DNA of 64,000 nucleotides from Euprymna scolopes (Eukaryota). The DNA is taken from NCBI GenBank assembly GCA_053919585.1, contig CM132788.1, one strand, 5' to 3'. The notes under the pieces are model-generated. The model saw only the letters and a program-made list of their open reading frames with translations. It was not told the origin of the DNA and ran no database searches. Within the stretch, counting starts at the first letter, position 1; each line of letters opens with the position of its first letter. Shown in pieces: positions 24,878-38,859 of this stretch. A program made the position numbers and the translations under genes.

Positions 24878-24939
<62 letters not shown>

Positions 24940-24999
24940 CATGCGTATACTACGCCTTATGTACATGGGTGTCTACTTTTTTTCCTTTGTTAGTTTATA

Positions 25000-25430
25000 A
25001 ACATATATGCGTTCGTTTCAAGAACACATTCTCTTAAGTGAAATGCTAGTTTGAGTGAAATCTTCCACGTTTGTTTTGGATTACATGAATGACTGTGCCT
25101 CTGTTCGATAACACTTTTTTGTCTTTGCTTACATGGTTTATACTTTTTTTCTTTTTGTCTGCAGCAATGTCCAGACAAATGTGTGTTCAGCGGTTTTGTA
25201 ATCAAGTTGGGAAATCTAATTGAAAATATCGCCAAAGAATCCAAACCACACAGGCAATCTTTCATGGCTGGCTACAAATAATAAATTACAGTAAGAAATC
25301 GAATTTCGAAGAGCTTCTTTGCTCCCAAAACCAATTCTCATCGGAAAATCGTTAACGTTGTATAGTCTCGATTTCGGGCTTAACTGAGGCTGGGTGAGCA
25401 GAAACGATGTGAACAAATATCAGTCCACAC
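25000..25430 (-). mobile_element. Highly decayed Tc1/mariner-superfamily transposase remnant
   Basis: Weak ordered motifs on the minus strand resembling NxRxWGxE, VWxG and SPDLxPLDxxLWG. Confidence 0.35.
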
Positions 25431-25679
25431 ATTAGAAACAATGAATAACGAGTCTTAATTCTGAGCATGAGAATGTTAAATTAGATATCTCATATAACAA
25501 CTGGTATAAAGCAAGAGGAAATAAATACTATATTTTTTGTTTACAACGACCACCGTATATTTATTTCAATTTTATTTAATAAACACAAATCATGTTTTTT
25601 TTTATTATAAAATACCAATTCGTTCAATTCTAAAACATAATATTAGCCATTTTTGCACTGTTTTAGTTTAGGTATGTTT

Positions 25680-26385
25680 GTCAACTTGCAGGTTCCTGTC
25701 TGTAGTAATGTGGGTATACACATTTTAGTGCTTCCAACTAATACATGAGGCCTTCTCAGTATTGACATTTGTTGGATCTTCTTTACTTTCCCTCAATCCC
25801 AATAGCTCACGTTTTTTTTTCGATGTGCCCGGTGATAGTTCTTAGCACACATATGATTATCAAATATTATATTGACTTTTTTTAGTTTTATATACAATTT
25901 GAGCTCTTTGGATTGTTCCGTGTGTTTTTTTTATTTACATTATATGTTTGGGATTCAGATTGCTTGTTTATGGGGCAATACAATTTGCGAGCTGGCAAGA
26001 TTTTCCAATTCGTTAACCAGCATATAGTCCCCTTGTTTTGCTGGGTTTATTCGTTGTAACTCAATGCCATATATAATTTTATGATTTCTTTTTTTAAAAG
26101 ACACTGCAAGCCCTCAGGTGTTCCTGTATATGTTATATTATTTAAAGGCGTGTTTGTGCCATCCATGTCTAATCTATCATAGACGCTATATAGTTAGTTT
26201 TAAATACATTACATTTTGCTGGTGTGTATAGTTATAAAGTTTCTCTGTTCAGGTGTATTTTCCGTTGGTTTCTACATGAAAGTTCGCGTCTTGTATTTTA
26301 ACATGATTTCGTGTATATATCTTTTTTATGTTCCTTCTTAGTCTTATATATTGCTGATCAACTTTCCCACCTTTTAATTTGTACA
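25680..26385 (-). mobile_element. Decayed R4/Dong-like LINE 3' remnant
   Basis: Faint matches to RLE-region motifs (EIxxxW, xVGALG). Interrupted at 26390 by the CR1. Confidence 0.35.
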
Positions 26386-26389
26386 TACT

Positions 26390-29300
26390 TTTTTACACAG
26401 GAATCACTGCTTATCAAGGCACGAAGGCAACTCAAGCATAACGGATAATAGGTATAGATTAGTTAATGTTATTATAGAGTAGCTAACAAAAGTAGTGGAT
26501 ATTTTGTAATTTGGATGACTTATGGAGACGGTTCATCAATAACGTTTTTGCGTTGGACGTGAGGACAATCAGATTGTAGTCAGTTGGAAAGCAGGTAATC
26601 GGAAGAGAGTTACACAGGCGTGCAGTTCTAAGAAAGAAGCTTTGTTCATGGAATCTACATTTAGGTTAAGGCACAAATAAAGAGTGGGGAAAATTATTGA
26701 TAGTGGTTTTGTCTAGACGAGTGATTTCGTGAAGGTTTGGCGAGGGGAGGCATAGAGAGAAGCTCAGATGAGCACTTGCCATGAAAATAATGATAAAGCA
26801 GAGACAGGCTCGCAACGTCGCTTTTGTGGAAAATACGTTGCCGGGAAGAGACAAGGACACCCCTCACTAAGCAACGAAATCTATTTTAAACAAGGAAAGA
26901 TTAGCTACTTCTTGCAGCTCCTGCCCAGGTGTTGCAACAGTACTCTATCCTTCGTCGTACCTGGCTTTTATATAGGTAGAGAATCGCGTAAGGACTGAGA
27001 TATCTACTGGAGCGGTGAAAGAATTCCATCATTTGTCTGGCGACCTTGGCAATGATTTGATATACGTGTTACATTTCAGGTCAGGATTAAAGGTTAAGCA
27101 CAGAAGCTTGTCAAAACCTGAAACCTTCCCAAGACGAGAGCCATTCAACTGATGCCAGATTGTCATCCAAGCGTACATGGTGTAGAGATAAAAGCTTGAT
27201 TTTAGGTGCATTAAACGTAATTATCCCCGACTTTCCCCAGTGTACCACATGCTCAAGATAAGAGGAGGTAGAATCGGAGAGAACGTGGTTGGTTACTGTC
27301 TTTGATGTGCTTCCATATATTGTAGTGTCGCCAGCATAAATGTCTATGACTGATGTAAGCATGTGATTGGGAGTATCATTAATGTAAATTAGGAAGAGAC
27401 TTGAGCCTAGGATGGACCCCTGATCGACCCCAGCATTAATACTGAGAGCTTCTGATTTCTGCCCATCAACCACTACTCTTATGAACGTATCAGAGAGAAA
27501 TCATTTAATAATTAAGAAACCATCTCATTCTATACCCTAGCTAGAGATGCTGTGGAGATATTTACGCAATACATTAACAAAGGACTTTGATTTGTCAAGA
27601 GCCCATGCCCTAGATAGGAAGCCAACGTCAAGAAATTGGTTAATCATATAAGATATTACTGTAAGTAGATCCGCTGTAGATCTAGCAGGACGGAAACCAT
27701 ATTTCATGTCACTAAGAAGGTTGTTTTTTGCTGAGATGGTTTACTACTTTTGATTTTTACACATATTCCGGCAGCTTACTTATGATGCACAGGAGACTTA
27801 TTTGTCTGTACCGAGAGGGAGATGAGCGATCACATGATTTCTTAAATACGGAACATACTGATGAGATTTTCCAAGGTGTTAGAAAGCATTTCTCCTAAAA
27901 ACAACGCTTACATTTTTTTTTTAAGTATGGACGCTACTTGTAGTTTAAGCTTTTTGCTGACTATAATAATAATGCCCATAAACCGAGTTGCTTTATTATA
28001 ACCAAGGTTCAAAATTAGCTGGCGATATAACGCTCAGATATTTTTTTATGTCGCATAGCGTGTTTTCAGATACACGAGGAAATACTGGGAGTTGGCGGCC
28101 TTGACATTAAGGGTAGAATTAGCTGCAAAGATATAGGCAAAGAGTTTGGGTGTGCCTTATGCTGATGAGATTACCTCAGGTCCATTGATAATAGTTGGAA
28201 TAGAGCACTCACTTCTGTTAAGGATTCTATTTGATATTTGCCAAAACTGATGGACTCTAGCCGCTGCCCAGCTACTTTGGACTTGACAGAGTGAATATAC
28301 AACTCTCTCGCATTCTTTATTAATTTTTTACAGAGGTTGCTAGCGAACCTGAAGGCGGCTTCAATCCTTGTATATTTATTACGTTGGAAGCAATGGAAAA
28401 GGTGATTTCTGAGTGCAATGGTAACAGCATATTCTGGAGAGAACCACGGATGGCTGTTAGGTTTTTGCTGGAACTTTTTCGAGAGTATGAAACGGCCAAT
28501 ATCTACAATTAACTATTCTCTAATGTCTGACAATATAGAGGGCACATCCGTTTTAAACATGGGACGCAGAGCTAGATCTGATATAAATATGCGGAAGCTA
28601 TCGCAGTCAGCCTTGGAGTGTCGATATAGTTTGCGATGGAGAGATACGTTTGAGGACTTATGACATTTTGTTTCTATGTTAACTAATGCCAGACAGTTGG
28701 AGGAATATTCCAGTGGAGACAGAACGGAAGATGAACATAGCGCAGGGCAAATTTTGAGAAAAAGGTCTAGGAGACTTGAATATAAGCCGTCAGTGTCAGG
28801 GACACCGGTAGATTCATTAATAATCTGAGGGAGAAATCGTAACAGAACTTCCACCTGTCATTAACATTTTTGGAGTGGGTTAAGCATTCCACCTTGTGAA
28901 TACTGAAGACTCCACAGTTGTGAATGTTTGCTGAAATGTACGCAGATAGGACGTGATCAATTTTCTCAGATATGCTTTTAAAGATATTAACTTTACTGTT
29001 GCGGGGCGATAGAGTAAAAATATGAACGCCATAGAGTAATATGAACGCCGTAGTGTGAGTATGTGCAACTTGGAAGCACATATCGGATTAATTAGGATTT
29101 TCTTCTTTTTAGGGCATGGTAAGTTAAAGCCGTAACAATTACCCACTAATATGACATCGAAATGCCCCACCACAAGCTACTGCATGGTCCAGAATCCAAT
29201 CACGAAATGGCAATACAGCAGCCCCAGTACTTGCCATATGCTGATAGGAGCCTACTTGATGGTTAATCGAAGGATCAGGTCTCTGACTATCAGACGGATA

Positions 29301-29450
29301 ATGTCACCCCAGTCGAAACATTTACCTCCAGCAGTAACATGGCCCAAAGAATAGAGAAACAGAACTTCCAACATCTTTGGCAGATGTTTACACAAAATAC
29401 TGCTAACCTAGTAAACAACTTTTACCTCTCTCTTTTTAAGAAAAAAATCA
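26390..29450 (-). mobile_element. Near full-length CR1-group LINE ORF2 (APE + RT), defective
   Basis: Ordered EN motifs (LYRP, LLDLFL), RT motifs (YRQISLL, GFRPARSTADLLT, GVDQGSILG, IYAGDTTIY), C-terminal domain and conserved 3' tail with A-run at 26390. Confidence 0.95.
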
Positions 29451-30963
29451 GTCATTGAAAAAATGGTGATTAAGGAACAAATAAGGAGAAGCGAGAGTAA
29501 GGAGAACTACCTTTAACACAGCCACAATCTCTACTCACTACTCTCCATTAAAAAAGGATCAAACATGAATTTATATTTACTTCCTATAAGTCCATAGCCC
29601 TAATTTGAAATTAAAGATATTATTAGAATATACCTTCCCCTCCCATATTTACGCGTGAGTTTGTATAGTGAAATCAACAAGAAGCTGTTAGTTATGGAGT
29701 TTACTTTTTTTTAATAGTCTACATATATTTGCATTTTAATAACTAATTGGAATAAGCTCATATTAAATAAAAGAAATAGAATAGTATAACACAATTAAGC
29801 ACAGCACCGGTGGGGATTATCTCGTGTTGAAATATGTTCCCCCAAATATTTACTCTGAACAAAGAAAGGACCACAGGTGGCATAGTATTTTAGAAGCTTG
29901 TTCAGCAATGGAATATAAACGAAATAAAATAAGGGGTTACAAATTACGTTTTTCCCTTACTAGTAAAAAGTTATAATTTTTCCCCTAAATATTCTTATGG
30001 GCTAACTTCATCGCAGTAAACTTTCATTCTACGAGCCATGTTTTCGGGGTGAGTGCTAGTGCGAGAGAGAGACAGAGACGGTAAAGGGGACTACTGTGAA
30101 AGAGTTCCGCTTCATATTTATAGGGGAAAAGCAAAAAAACATAAAAGTGGAAAGCATAGTCTACATGCATTTGGATTTTAAGAAGAAACTGAAATACGGT
30201 GATATTAAACAAAATAAAACAGAATAAATAAGCGTAAAATAATAAGCACAAAAACATGTGGGGAGTATATTGTGTTGACATATGCTACCCAAACATGTAG
30301 TCTGAAGAAAGATAGCTCCACATGGCGCATGGAATTTAAACATCCTTTTTCTCCAAGATAATATGAACAAAATAAAATAAAAGTGTTACGCTTTTTACCT
30401 TGCTAGAACAAAGGTATTAATTTGTTTCTCTCAAATATTCACAAGAGCTTGCTTCAACGCAGTCAACTTCCTTCCAACAAGGCGTGTGATCGGGGTGAGT
30501 GCAAGTGAGCCTACTTCACTAAATCTCTGTTAAGTTGTGAGCAATTATGTAAAACAAAGATGGTAGCAGTAGATCCAATCGGCGTAAAACAATATAGTCA
30601 AGATCAACTGTGGTTCAATCGTGTCAAAACGTGGACTGATAGCGCATTTACTGAGAACAAATTTGATATTTGAGTAATAAAGTCATAGTCTTCTCATTGG
30701 GTTATTGCCCCAACGCGTCATTACAAATAAGAGTGTCAAATTCTGGAAGTTATACTCTCGTTTACTAGCAAAAAAAAAAAAAAAAAAATACGACATCCCT
30801 TTTAAGATATATTTACAATGTCCCTTTGGACGATTTAGTTTAATCGTTTAAAATTTAAATACACAATGTGTTTTAACAAAAATGGGTTTCTTAAAAAGGA
30901 AAAAAAAGTCACCTGTTTTTTGTTAAACAAAAACTTGAAGCATTCTGTTAGATATGTTTATTT

Positions 30964-31021
<58 letters not shown>

Positions 31022-31919
31022 TATGTGTGTGTTCATATTTAGTTTATGTTTAATTTGTATATATATATATTATGTTTAGTGTATATATATACATATATGT
31101 GTGTGTGTGCGTATGGGTGTGTGGGTGTGTGTTAGTTTGTTAATTTTGAAAGGCAAAAAAATGGCCGTAGTTTATCGTCATAGACGAGATAATAACCATT
31201 TTTTGTGGTTTCTACTTCTCATTTTGGGTTTCTGAAAATAGATTTATTCAGGATTTAATTCCAAAAAGTCTAGCGATTAACTGTTTTTATTGTTTTCTTT
31301 AGTAAAAATTTAGTAAAAATTCGCCCACATTATTCCCAGATTCCACACACCTTCAATGAAATTATATTTGATATAATTATGTTTCGATCTTCGAAGAATC
31401 ATGCAGTTATTTACTTTTAAAATACTACTTCGGTTGACACAATTAATTCATATTTGTTTCTTTACTTAGAGCTTATTTTAATATAGAATTTAGAAGGAAG
31501 TTTACAAAATATTGCTTCTTGCGCTGAGTGAGAAAGTGCAACAAACTCTGCTGCACAGCCAGAAAGAAACACAATTTGCTGAGTGTTTTTTTTTAGTTTT
31601 CCCGAAGATCACAGGTTCAGCCGTTAATAGTCTCAAACAGAATCCCGTTACACTATTTCGATCCTCAAAGTAACGTCAATCGGAATATGGAAAGCCTTCA
31701 AAATTTTGGGGATAAGTCGACTTTTTAATACTAAAGATTTTTCTCGAACGCAAAAAGTGATTAAAAAAATCCAGAATTGACGAAAAATTGTGTGTTGAGC
31801 GGTTCTTCCTTGTATAGGGTAGCTAAACTAACGTACCGTTGCATGTCAGCGGTATTTTTCGTGGTGGGCTCATCGATATTCAGATGGGTAACTATTCAAT
31901 TACGAGAGCCGTCAACACG

Positions 31920-32260
31920 TCCATGGACGCGATCGTTGCTGGTTCTCAACCCTAATGCATTATCTGTGGTATCAAGCTTGCTACTTTGTAATGTCTGGGT
32001 GCTAATATTTTGCTTGATCCTGGACCTGAAACGCCTTGGAGTGGATATTTGTTGTGTGCAAGAAATCCACCTCATGTTGGGTGCGCTATTCAACACTTAT
32101 TGTGCTTACTCAGCGTATTTTAATGTTCTCTCAAGAGGGGCGTATTGGTTAGTTAAAAGATATTTAGATGTGTTATGTGACCAGTGCTACATGAATCAAT
32201 GTGACATACTTTGCGTTTTGGACGTTACAATAAAAAGTGCAGCGTTCGGTTGTATTGGTT
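31920..32260 (+). mobile_element. Tx1/L1-clade LINE APE endonuclease N-terminal fragment
   Basis: IKLATLxNVWVL (NVRGL) and LGVDICCVQEIH (QETH) motifs, plus SRGAYWLV and LCVLDVTIKSAAF. Confidence 0.75.
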
Positions 32261-33338
32261 CTGATTGATAAAGCAGTAATGCAGGATGCGAGGATGAAGA
32301 AGAGTAATCTGAGTGTAGCTTGGATTGATTACAGAAAGGCTTATGAGATGGTTCCTGATTCATTGATCCGTAAAAACTATTGATTATGAAGATTACTGAG
32401 AATGTGGTAGGGCTGTTGGAGACAGGCATGGCTACATGGAAAACGGTGCTGATGGCAAACAGAGAGGTGATTGGCCAGGTTGGCATTAAACGTGGTATAT
32501 CCCAAGAAGATCCATTATCCCCACTTCTTTTTGTAATGATAATGATGCAAATGAACATACACTTAAAGAAAGAGCAACAGGGAATACCTTTGGATCTGGT
32601 GGCAGACCTTAACCTCTACTGTTCATGGATCAGTTGAATATATTCGGTAGAATTGAAAAGGAAATGAGAGACTTTTGGGGACATACTCAGAAGATATGGG
32701 GATTGAGTTTGGGATTAGTAAATGTGCGGTGCTAGTGATGAAGAGGAGTAAAGCTTCATTTGAATGGAAGTGTGCTGCCGAATAGAGATATAATGAAAAT
32801 ATTGAAGATACAGTGTGTAAGTATTAGGGAGTGTTTGAGTGTGTAGACATCTTGAACAGAGAAATGAAGGAGAAAGTCAGAAAGGAGTATCGTAGATGAG
32901 TAAGACTAATGGCAAAGTCGAAACTGTATGGAGGAAACCTAATGAAAGCAGTAAATGCATGTGGAGTCAGTGTGTTTTGGTCGTCATTGACAAAGTCTAA
33001 AAAAAGCTGGCAGATTGTAGATTTCTCAATACCCTGGGACAGGAATGTGAGAGAGAAGGAGTACGTGAAATGGAGCAATTATGCTCCATTTGCCTTGGAG
33101 ATAAGACGTATACACGGGTAAATACACAAATAATCATAGTCGTAGTTTATACGCTAGGAGTAGTATCAAGTCGTCTGGAAGGACAGTTGGAAAAACTACA
33201 CATCCCCGATGTTTTAGATTGCTCTTGTAGGTAACATCAACATCCTTATGAAAACCCTTGATCTTAAAAACCCCTGGTTTGAAGCCGGGATTAAGAGAAC
33301 TCCTCTGGAAATGAATCCCATCAGCTTTCCAGATAGAC
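32261..33338 (+). mobile_element. R4/Dong-clade LINE (RT + restriction-like endonuclease), 5'-truncated and internally deleted
   Basis: LIDKAVMQD..NLSVAWIDYRKAYEMVP, RGISQEDPLSPLLF, GIEFGISKCA, SKLYGGNLMKAVN and IVDFSIPWDRNVREKE..NYAPFALEIRR. The 3' end runs into a gap. Confidence 0.9.
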
Positions 33339-36300
33339 NNNNNNNNNNNNNNNNNNNNNNNNNNNNNNNNNNNNNNNNNNNNNNNNNNNNNNNNNNNNNN
33401 NNNNNNNNNNNNNNNNNNNNNNNNNNNNNNNNNNNNNNNNNNNNNNNNNNNNNNNNNNNNNNNNNNNNNNNNNNNNNNNNNNNNNNNNNNNNNNNNNNNN
33501 NNNNNNNNNNNNNNNNNNNNNNNCGTGCATATGTCTGCATACGTGATCACAAACAAAATAATTTCTCGGATATTTCATATACATGACCTGCACTATATTG
33601 AACTCAGCTACCATTAATACAACAATAGATACTTTTAGTCTGATGTCATTCCATTGTTTTATAAATAAAACAAAGATTACTCAAAAATACAAACTGAGCG
33701 AAAAAAGAACTTGTTCAATTGTTTTTCTATATTTGTTTAAGTGCAGAAAATAATATTTCAAATTGAATTGCTTCCGGAATTTTTCCCCCTCAAACAAATT
33801 CTTCTATAGACAATTACACATTTAGATTGCTTTCAAAATGTTTTAGAGTAATACTTTTCTATAAATAAATTATTTATATATAAAATATGTATTAGTAAAA
33901 TACGAAAAAACGTCAGCTTTAAATACAAAGGTTCATGTAGCTTGTTATTTGGTATATTTAGTTTTATTGATTTTATTAAATACGGCAACATCCACGATCA
34001 ATTTTCAGCAATGACATCTATTCTTTAGATAAACTATAAGCGTTGTCCTTTATTATAGACCTATAAGGAGTTCTTACCACATATAATTATTATTCAGATT
34101 AAATAAGAATAACCGGTTTTGTACCCTGGGATTTGAGTAAGAAAAATGTAAGATATATATTTTTTATATAATAGATGTTTAAATTTAGTGTCTGGTATAC
34201 TACTGCGTGTAGCTAGTTGTTTTACTGGCATTTAAGTGCACTTTTCAATTTTATTGACTTTCAGCTCTTGCAACTACTGATTATTTTCCATCGAAACCGT
34301 TATCATAGTTCCCATTAAACTTCATGAAAAAGAGTTTGAACACTGAAGGGATATATTTAATTAAATTTACTTCTGTACGTACCACATCTGCAAACTAAGT
34401 ATACGTCGACTATCTTGTTTCCTAGGTAGATAAATTCATCTACATACTCTTTTGTTGCAAATACAACATAAATATTAATTGTACATATATTTTGCGTCAA
34501 AAAATATTAATTTACTTATAATAAGTCCAAGTTCATTTTGCTTAGTATTGAGAGCATATATTTGTGGAGCTTCCATTTACAATAACCCTTAAAGTTCCGT
34601 TGAGCTTGGCTGAGTTTTGATTATGTTCTTATACGCTCACTTTATCTCCAAATATTCGTAACAACTCTCGGTGTCAACAATTGTTCTATTATTATCGCTT
34701 GGAGTTCACAAACACCTCAGATGATAGGGTTTTCTCGTGGTTATCTCTAAATTAGCGCATTGGGTGATTTACATTTTTATCAGGGGTATATTGCTAGTTC
34801 CTGCCCCACCCACCAAATTTTCGGACATCCATGAGTAAGAGGAAGGTTACCGTTGTAAGTCCTTTTTCACATTCGTATCATGTTTTTTGTTTTAATTATA
34901 TATTATATATTATTACTTATTATTATATTGTATATATAATTACGCTAATTTGCTTAGCCCTTTATCATCCTGAACATCCGTTCAAATGGAAAGTGGAATA
35001 TTGCAAATGGCTAAAAAATATTTGAGTTTAATAAAGCAAAAAAAATGAGTGTCACTGTTATGGATAAAACCTTATGACATTCTGATTGTATAATGAAAAC
35101 CCTAGTTGTATTCAGGTTAGAAAAAATATTGCATATAAAAAAAAATATAAAGGAACATGGCTGTTTGCTTAAATACGTAATGCACGTGTAAACGTTTATC
35201 CATTAAAAACATAGAAATAAAAATAAAAATAAAATTCAAATTGCTTGGATTAGAATTCTATTGTGTAACTTTTTAATAAATGTAATGCATTATTTACAAA
35301 AAAAAAATGAATTATTATTTGTTTGAAAATAAATTAAATTAGACGAACGAATAATGGGCATGTTGCTGTGCTTTTTAAAATGATATTTACATTCTATTTT
35401 GCCCTTTTTTATACATTTGTATATGTTAATATATTATGTTAAGATATCTTTCTTACAATTCTGATTTAGTTCCTCTTATTTGATAGAATAGTAACGAGGC
35501 CAAATATTTCGCATGTTCAGATAGAAAAGTGAACTAGAATTCTGTACTTTTACCATAACCAGAAATTGACTGTTTAAATACGCCAGACTATATTTCATAT
35601 GACGATGTAAACAGGCTTTCTCCACTACTATTATAGAGGAAATAAAAAGAAACATCTGACGCTGACTGATTAACAGAAGTTAAGTGGTAAATACTTCAAA
35701 ACATCCTAAATTAAAGTGTTGGGTGAAAATACAACACACTCTCTCTCTCCTCGATGTCAAGAATGACTTTCTAAGAAATGATTTCACGGCAGTAACATAA
35801 ATGCATAATTATCATCGTTTTTTTTATTTCGAATTATTTACTCAGAAACCAAATTTGATGCAATATTCGCCGTGATGGACTGCGTTTTTATATTTGCATA
35901 TTTGATAGTAGTACAAATCAAAAATAATAAAATTAAACAAAAATCTTTTTTTTTCGAATTATTTAATCAAGTAAAAATTCTATTTTTTACTTGATTACTA
36001 AAGTTAAAAAACATTTTTGTTTGAGGGTCGATCAATATATCACATAAAAGTAACCAACTTTCCAAATTATCGTTTTGTTCCTATGTAATTGCCTCCTTGA
36101 GAGGGCAGAGTTTGACACAATACCAATTTTAACGTGAGAAAAATCCAGATCCCAAATGGTCTATTCTGAATAGTAACAAACATTAAAATTACCTCTGTGT
36201 AGAATAATTTCTCCATCACTGATTGAGGTAAAAAAAGAAGTGCCCGGTATTAGACTTCAGCTTTTTTGTAATCTTGCCAAATGTCAATAATATATAAATA

Positions 36301-36669
36301 TGATATTGGTCAGCAGTTATTTTTCAGAAATAAACAATATAAACAGAACTTGACCAAAACAAAGAATCAATTATTTTTAATCGTATACAAAGGAAAACAT
36401 ATGTACAGAACTCTCTTTTAGACAATATAAATAACACTTTTTTATTATTGTAAATAAACAATGAAAACGTTTTTTTTTTAGTTTTAAACAATACAAATAT
36501 ATTTATTTTCCTAGTGATAGTTTTTGTATCATGTTTATTGAAAATTGGATAACACAGTTTTATAACGATCTTAATTAAAGTTTAATTTTACACTCATATT
36601 CCCTTTTTTAGTTTGCATTTTGTTAGAGTCTCCAGTTATGTTTTCCAGCGAGCATATAAGACAAGGTGA

Positions 36670-37060
36670 GTTAAGAATGGGGTATAAGTTTTCGGAGCCG
36701 TCAAACGTGGCTCAAACTAATATTAAAATAGTTGATAGCACTAATCGGGAAATATTTTCTCGATAATCAATTCATATACCCTAACAGAGACACTAATTAT
36801 ATCGGATGTGCAACAGTCTACAAACGTATGGTCCACTTAGATTGTGGAAAATATCAACATGGCGAAATAATTGACCCGATTGACTTTGCGACACAGACAC
36901 ACACCATGAAATGTTTATGATCCCATTGTAAAAACAACAAATACAAATCGAAGCCAATCAAAAGTTGGAAATAGAAAACGTTGAAATTAATATGAGAGAA
37001 TTCATGTGGCGAAACAGAGAAGAAAGGGAAAATATTTCGCCGTATAATCAAAAGCATTCG
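36670..37060 (+). mobile_element. Merlin (IS1016/ISXO2-like) transposase remnant
   Basis: Ordered motifs VFGAVKRGS (WVFGxVERG), IDP..TQTHTMKCL* (VDP..HTxxIExxW) and REFMWR (EFxWR). Confidence 0.7.
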
Positions 37061-37822
37061 TGATCGACAGTTATTTTACAGAATCGGTTTATATCATCTA
37101 ACATTTTAAAAGTTTATGGTGAAGATTTACGTTGTTTAAACCTAAACTGTTTCCCTTAAAATAACTACTTTTATAGGGTTTCGATATACTGAAAACAGAT
37201 ATCGCATTTTAGGTGTAAAATGCTGATCATTGTTGTACGCGCAAGTGCGCATATTTTGGTCTACACCTAAGGCCACCAACAAGAAATCGCATTGCTTACT
37301 ATCCGGTAAACTACTTCGTTGCGGACACATTAAATGCGATATTCGGTTTAATTATACAGGAAAACCTTGGTAGTCAGCATTTTAACGGAATATGCTTAGG
37401 AAGAAACCAATTAAATTTCTCCCTTTAAACTTATATTACAAGTTATTTTTATATCGTTTGAATTTAAAGATAAACAAATATACCCATTTCTGTTGATATG
37501 ATTTAAAAGTTAAAATAATAATGGTTTATATTGTGCAATGCTATAAAAGTGTTTTATATATAGTGTTTAAAATTTTTACAACTGTTATGTATATAATAAT
37601 TTGAAATAAATAAAAAGTGTTTATTCTTTAAAAACAGTTAGTTCTTCTTATTAAAAACTGTTAACTACCGATATCATTGTTAATATATTGTTGGCATAGT
37701 AACATAAAGGTGATTAGGAAATTATGTCTCTCTTTTTATAAGAGAAGGGTCGCGGGTATTTTGCCACCTAATCTCCAGTCAGACAAATAAAAATTAAAAA
37801 TTAACATTATTGTTTCTTTATT

Positions 37823-38124
37823 GGGTGGACGTTTAGAGAAATTGACTCTCATCTCTAGATTTCACAATTTCACAATTTTCATTTTTTTAACGATAACTTA
37901 ATTAATTACAAACTTTACTTTCTGAATAAAAAGAAATTTGGAACAAATAATTTTTATGAATGCTATCCTCGGCGATCGGTTTTCAATTATTATTTATTAC
38001 TAAATTGGGCACGCACTTTGCGACAATCACCGAGAAAAATATTGCAACTCGACGAGATTAACGCTAAAAAAAATTATAAATTGTGGAATTTATGAATAGG
38101 GGTCAATTTTCTAAACGCCCACCC
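37823..38124. mobile_element. MITE with ~30-bp TIRs (Tc1/mariner-like)
   Basis: GGGTGGACGTTTAGAGAAATTGACTC pairs with GGGGTCAATTTTCTAAACGCCCACCC. TA lies within 2-3 nt of both ends. Confidence 0.75.
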
Positions 38125-38249
38125 TTTTATTGCGTGACCTTCATAACGGACTTGTGATAAATATTTACTTCCAATTCTTTAAATGTTTTACTTATGTCAA
38201 ACTGATATAAGTTATTACATGTCATGATGTAATTCATAAAAAAATGCCC

Positions 38250-38640
38250 ACGCATTTAAAGGGAAAACATTATCATCTATTACACTGCTATGTCGAAATA
38301 TTTACAATCATATAGTGGATGTTTGTATTTTGAACCTGTGCATTTCAGGTGATAAAATTACCTACTTATGTGCCATATCGAAATAAGTAAAAGCATATAG
38401 TGCTTTTGTTGATTAAGGAGCTTTAAGATCTACGCGTCTCTGGTAAAAATATGAATACCTACTTACATATAATGTTGAATTAGTAAAAAATCCCAGGCAT
38501 TTCAGATGAAATCATCATTATTTACTAAAAGACTTATATCAAAATTATGCTTACTTATGGATCTTTTAACCATACGCATTTCAGATGAAACAATTATTAC
38601 CTACTTATATGTAATGTTGAAAATATTACAAAGCAATAAG
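38250..38640 (+). repeat. Degenerate tandem repeat, ~80-90-bp unit
   Basis: GCATTT(C/A)A(G/A) recurs at ~38252, 38340, 38497 and 38576. TACCTACTTA recurs at ~38359, 38456 and 38598. Confidence 0.65.
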
Positions 38641-38859
38641 TACAAAGCAGTTTATTGTAAATACTTAAAATGAAACCTATTCCTTCCATGCATGTGTAAT
38701 GCCTTTAAATAATAAACTAATTGGTGCAATCAGAACTTACTTAATATCGACCTGACTCCATATCACGTGTGTATCATGCACATCTAGCGTAACTTTTGAA
38801 AGATATTAAAGACAAGCATGTATTAGAAATTCTATTTGCAAATATTTACTTTATAGAAT

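Noticed and set aside
38250-38640. CRISPR-like array
   Set aside because: Repeats are degenerate, spacers are mutually similar, there are no cas genes, and the context is eukaryotic.
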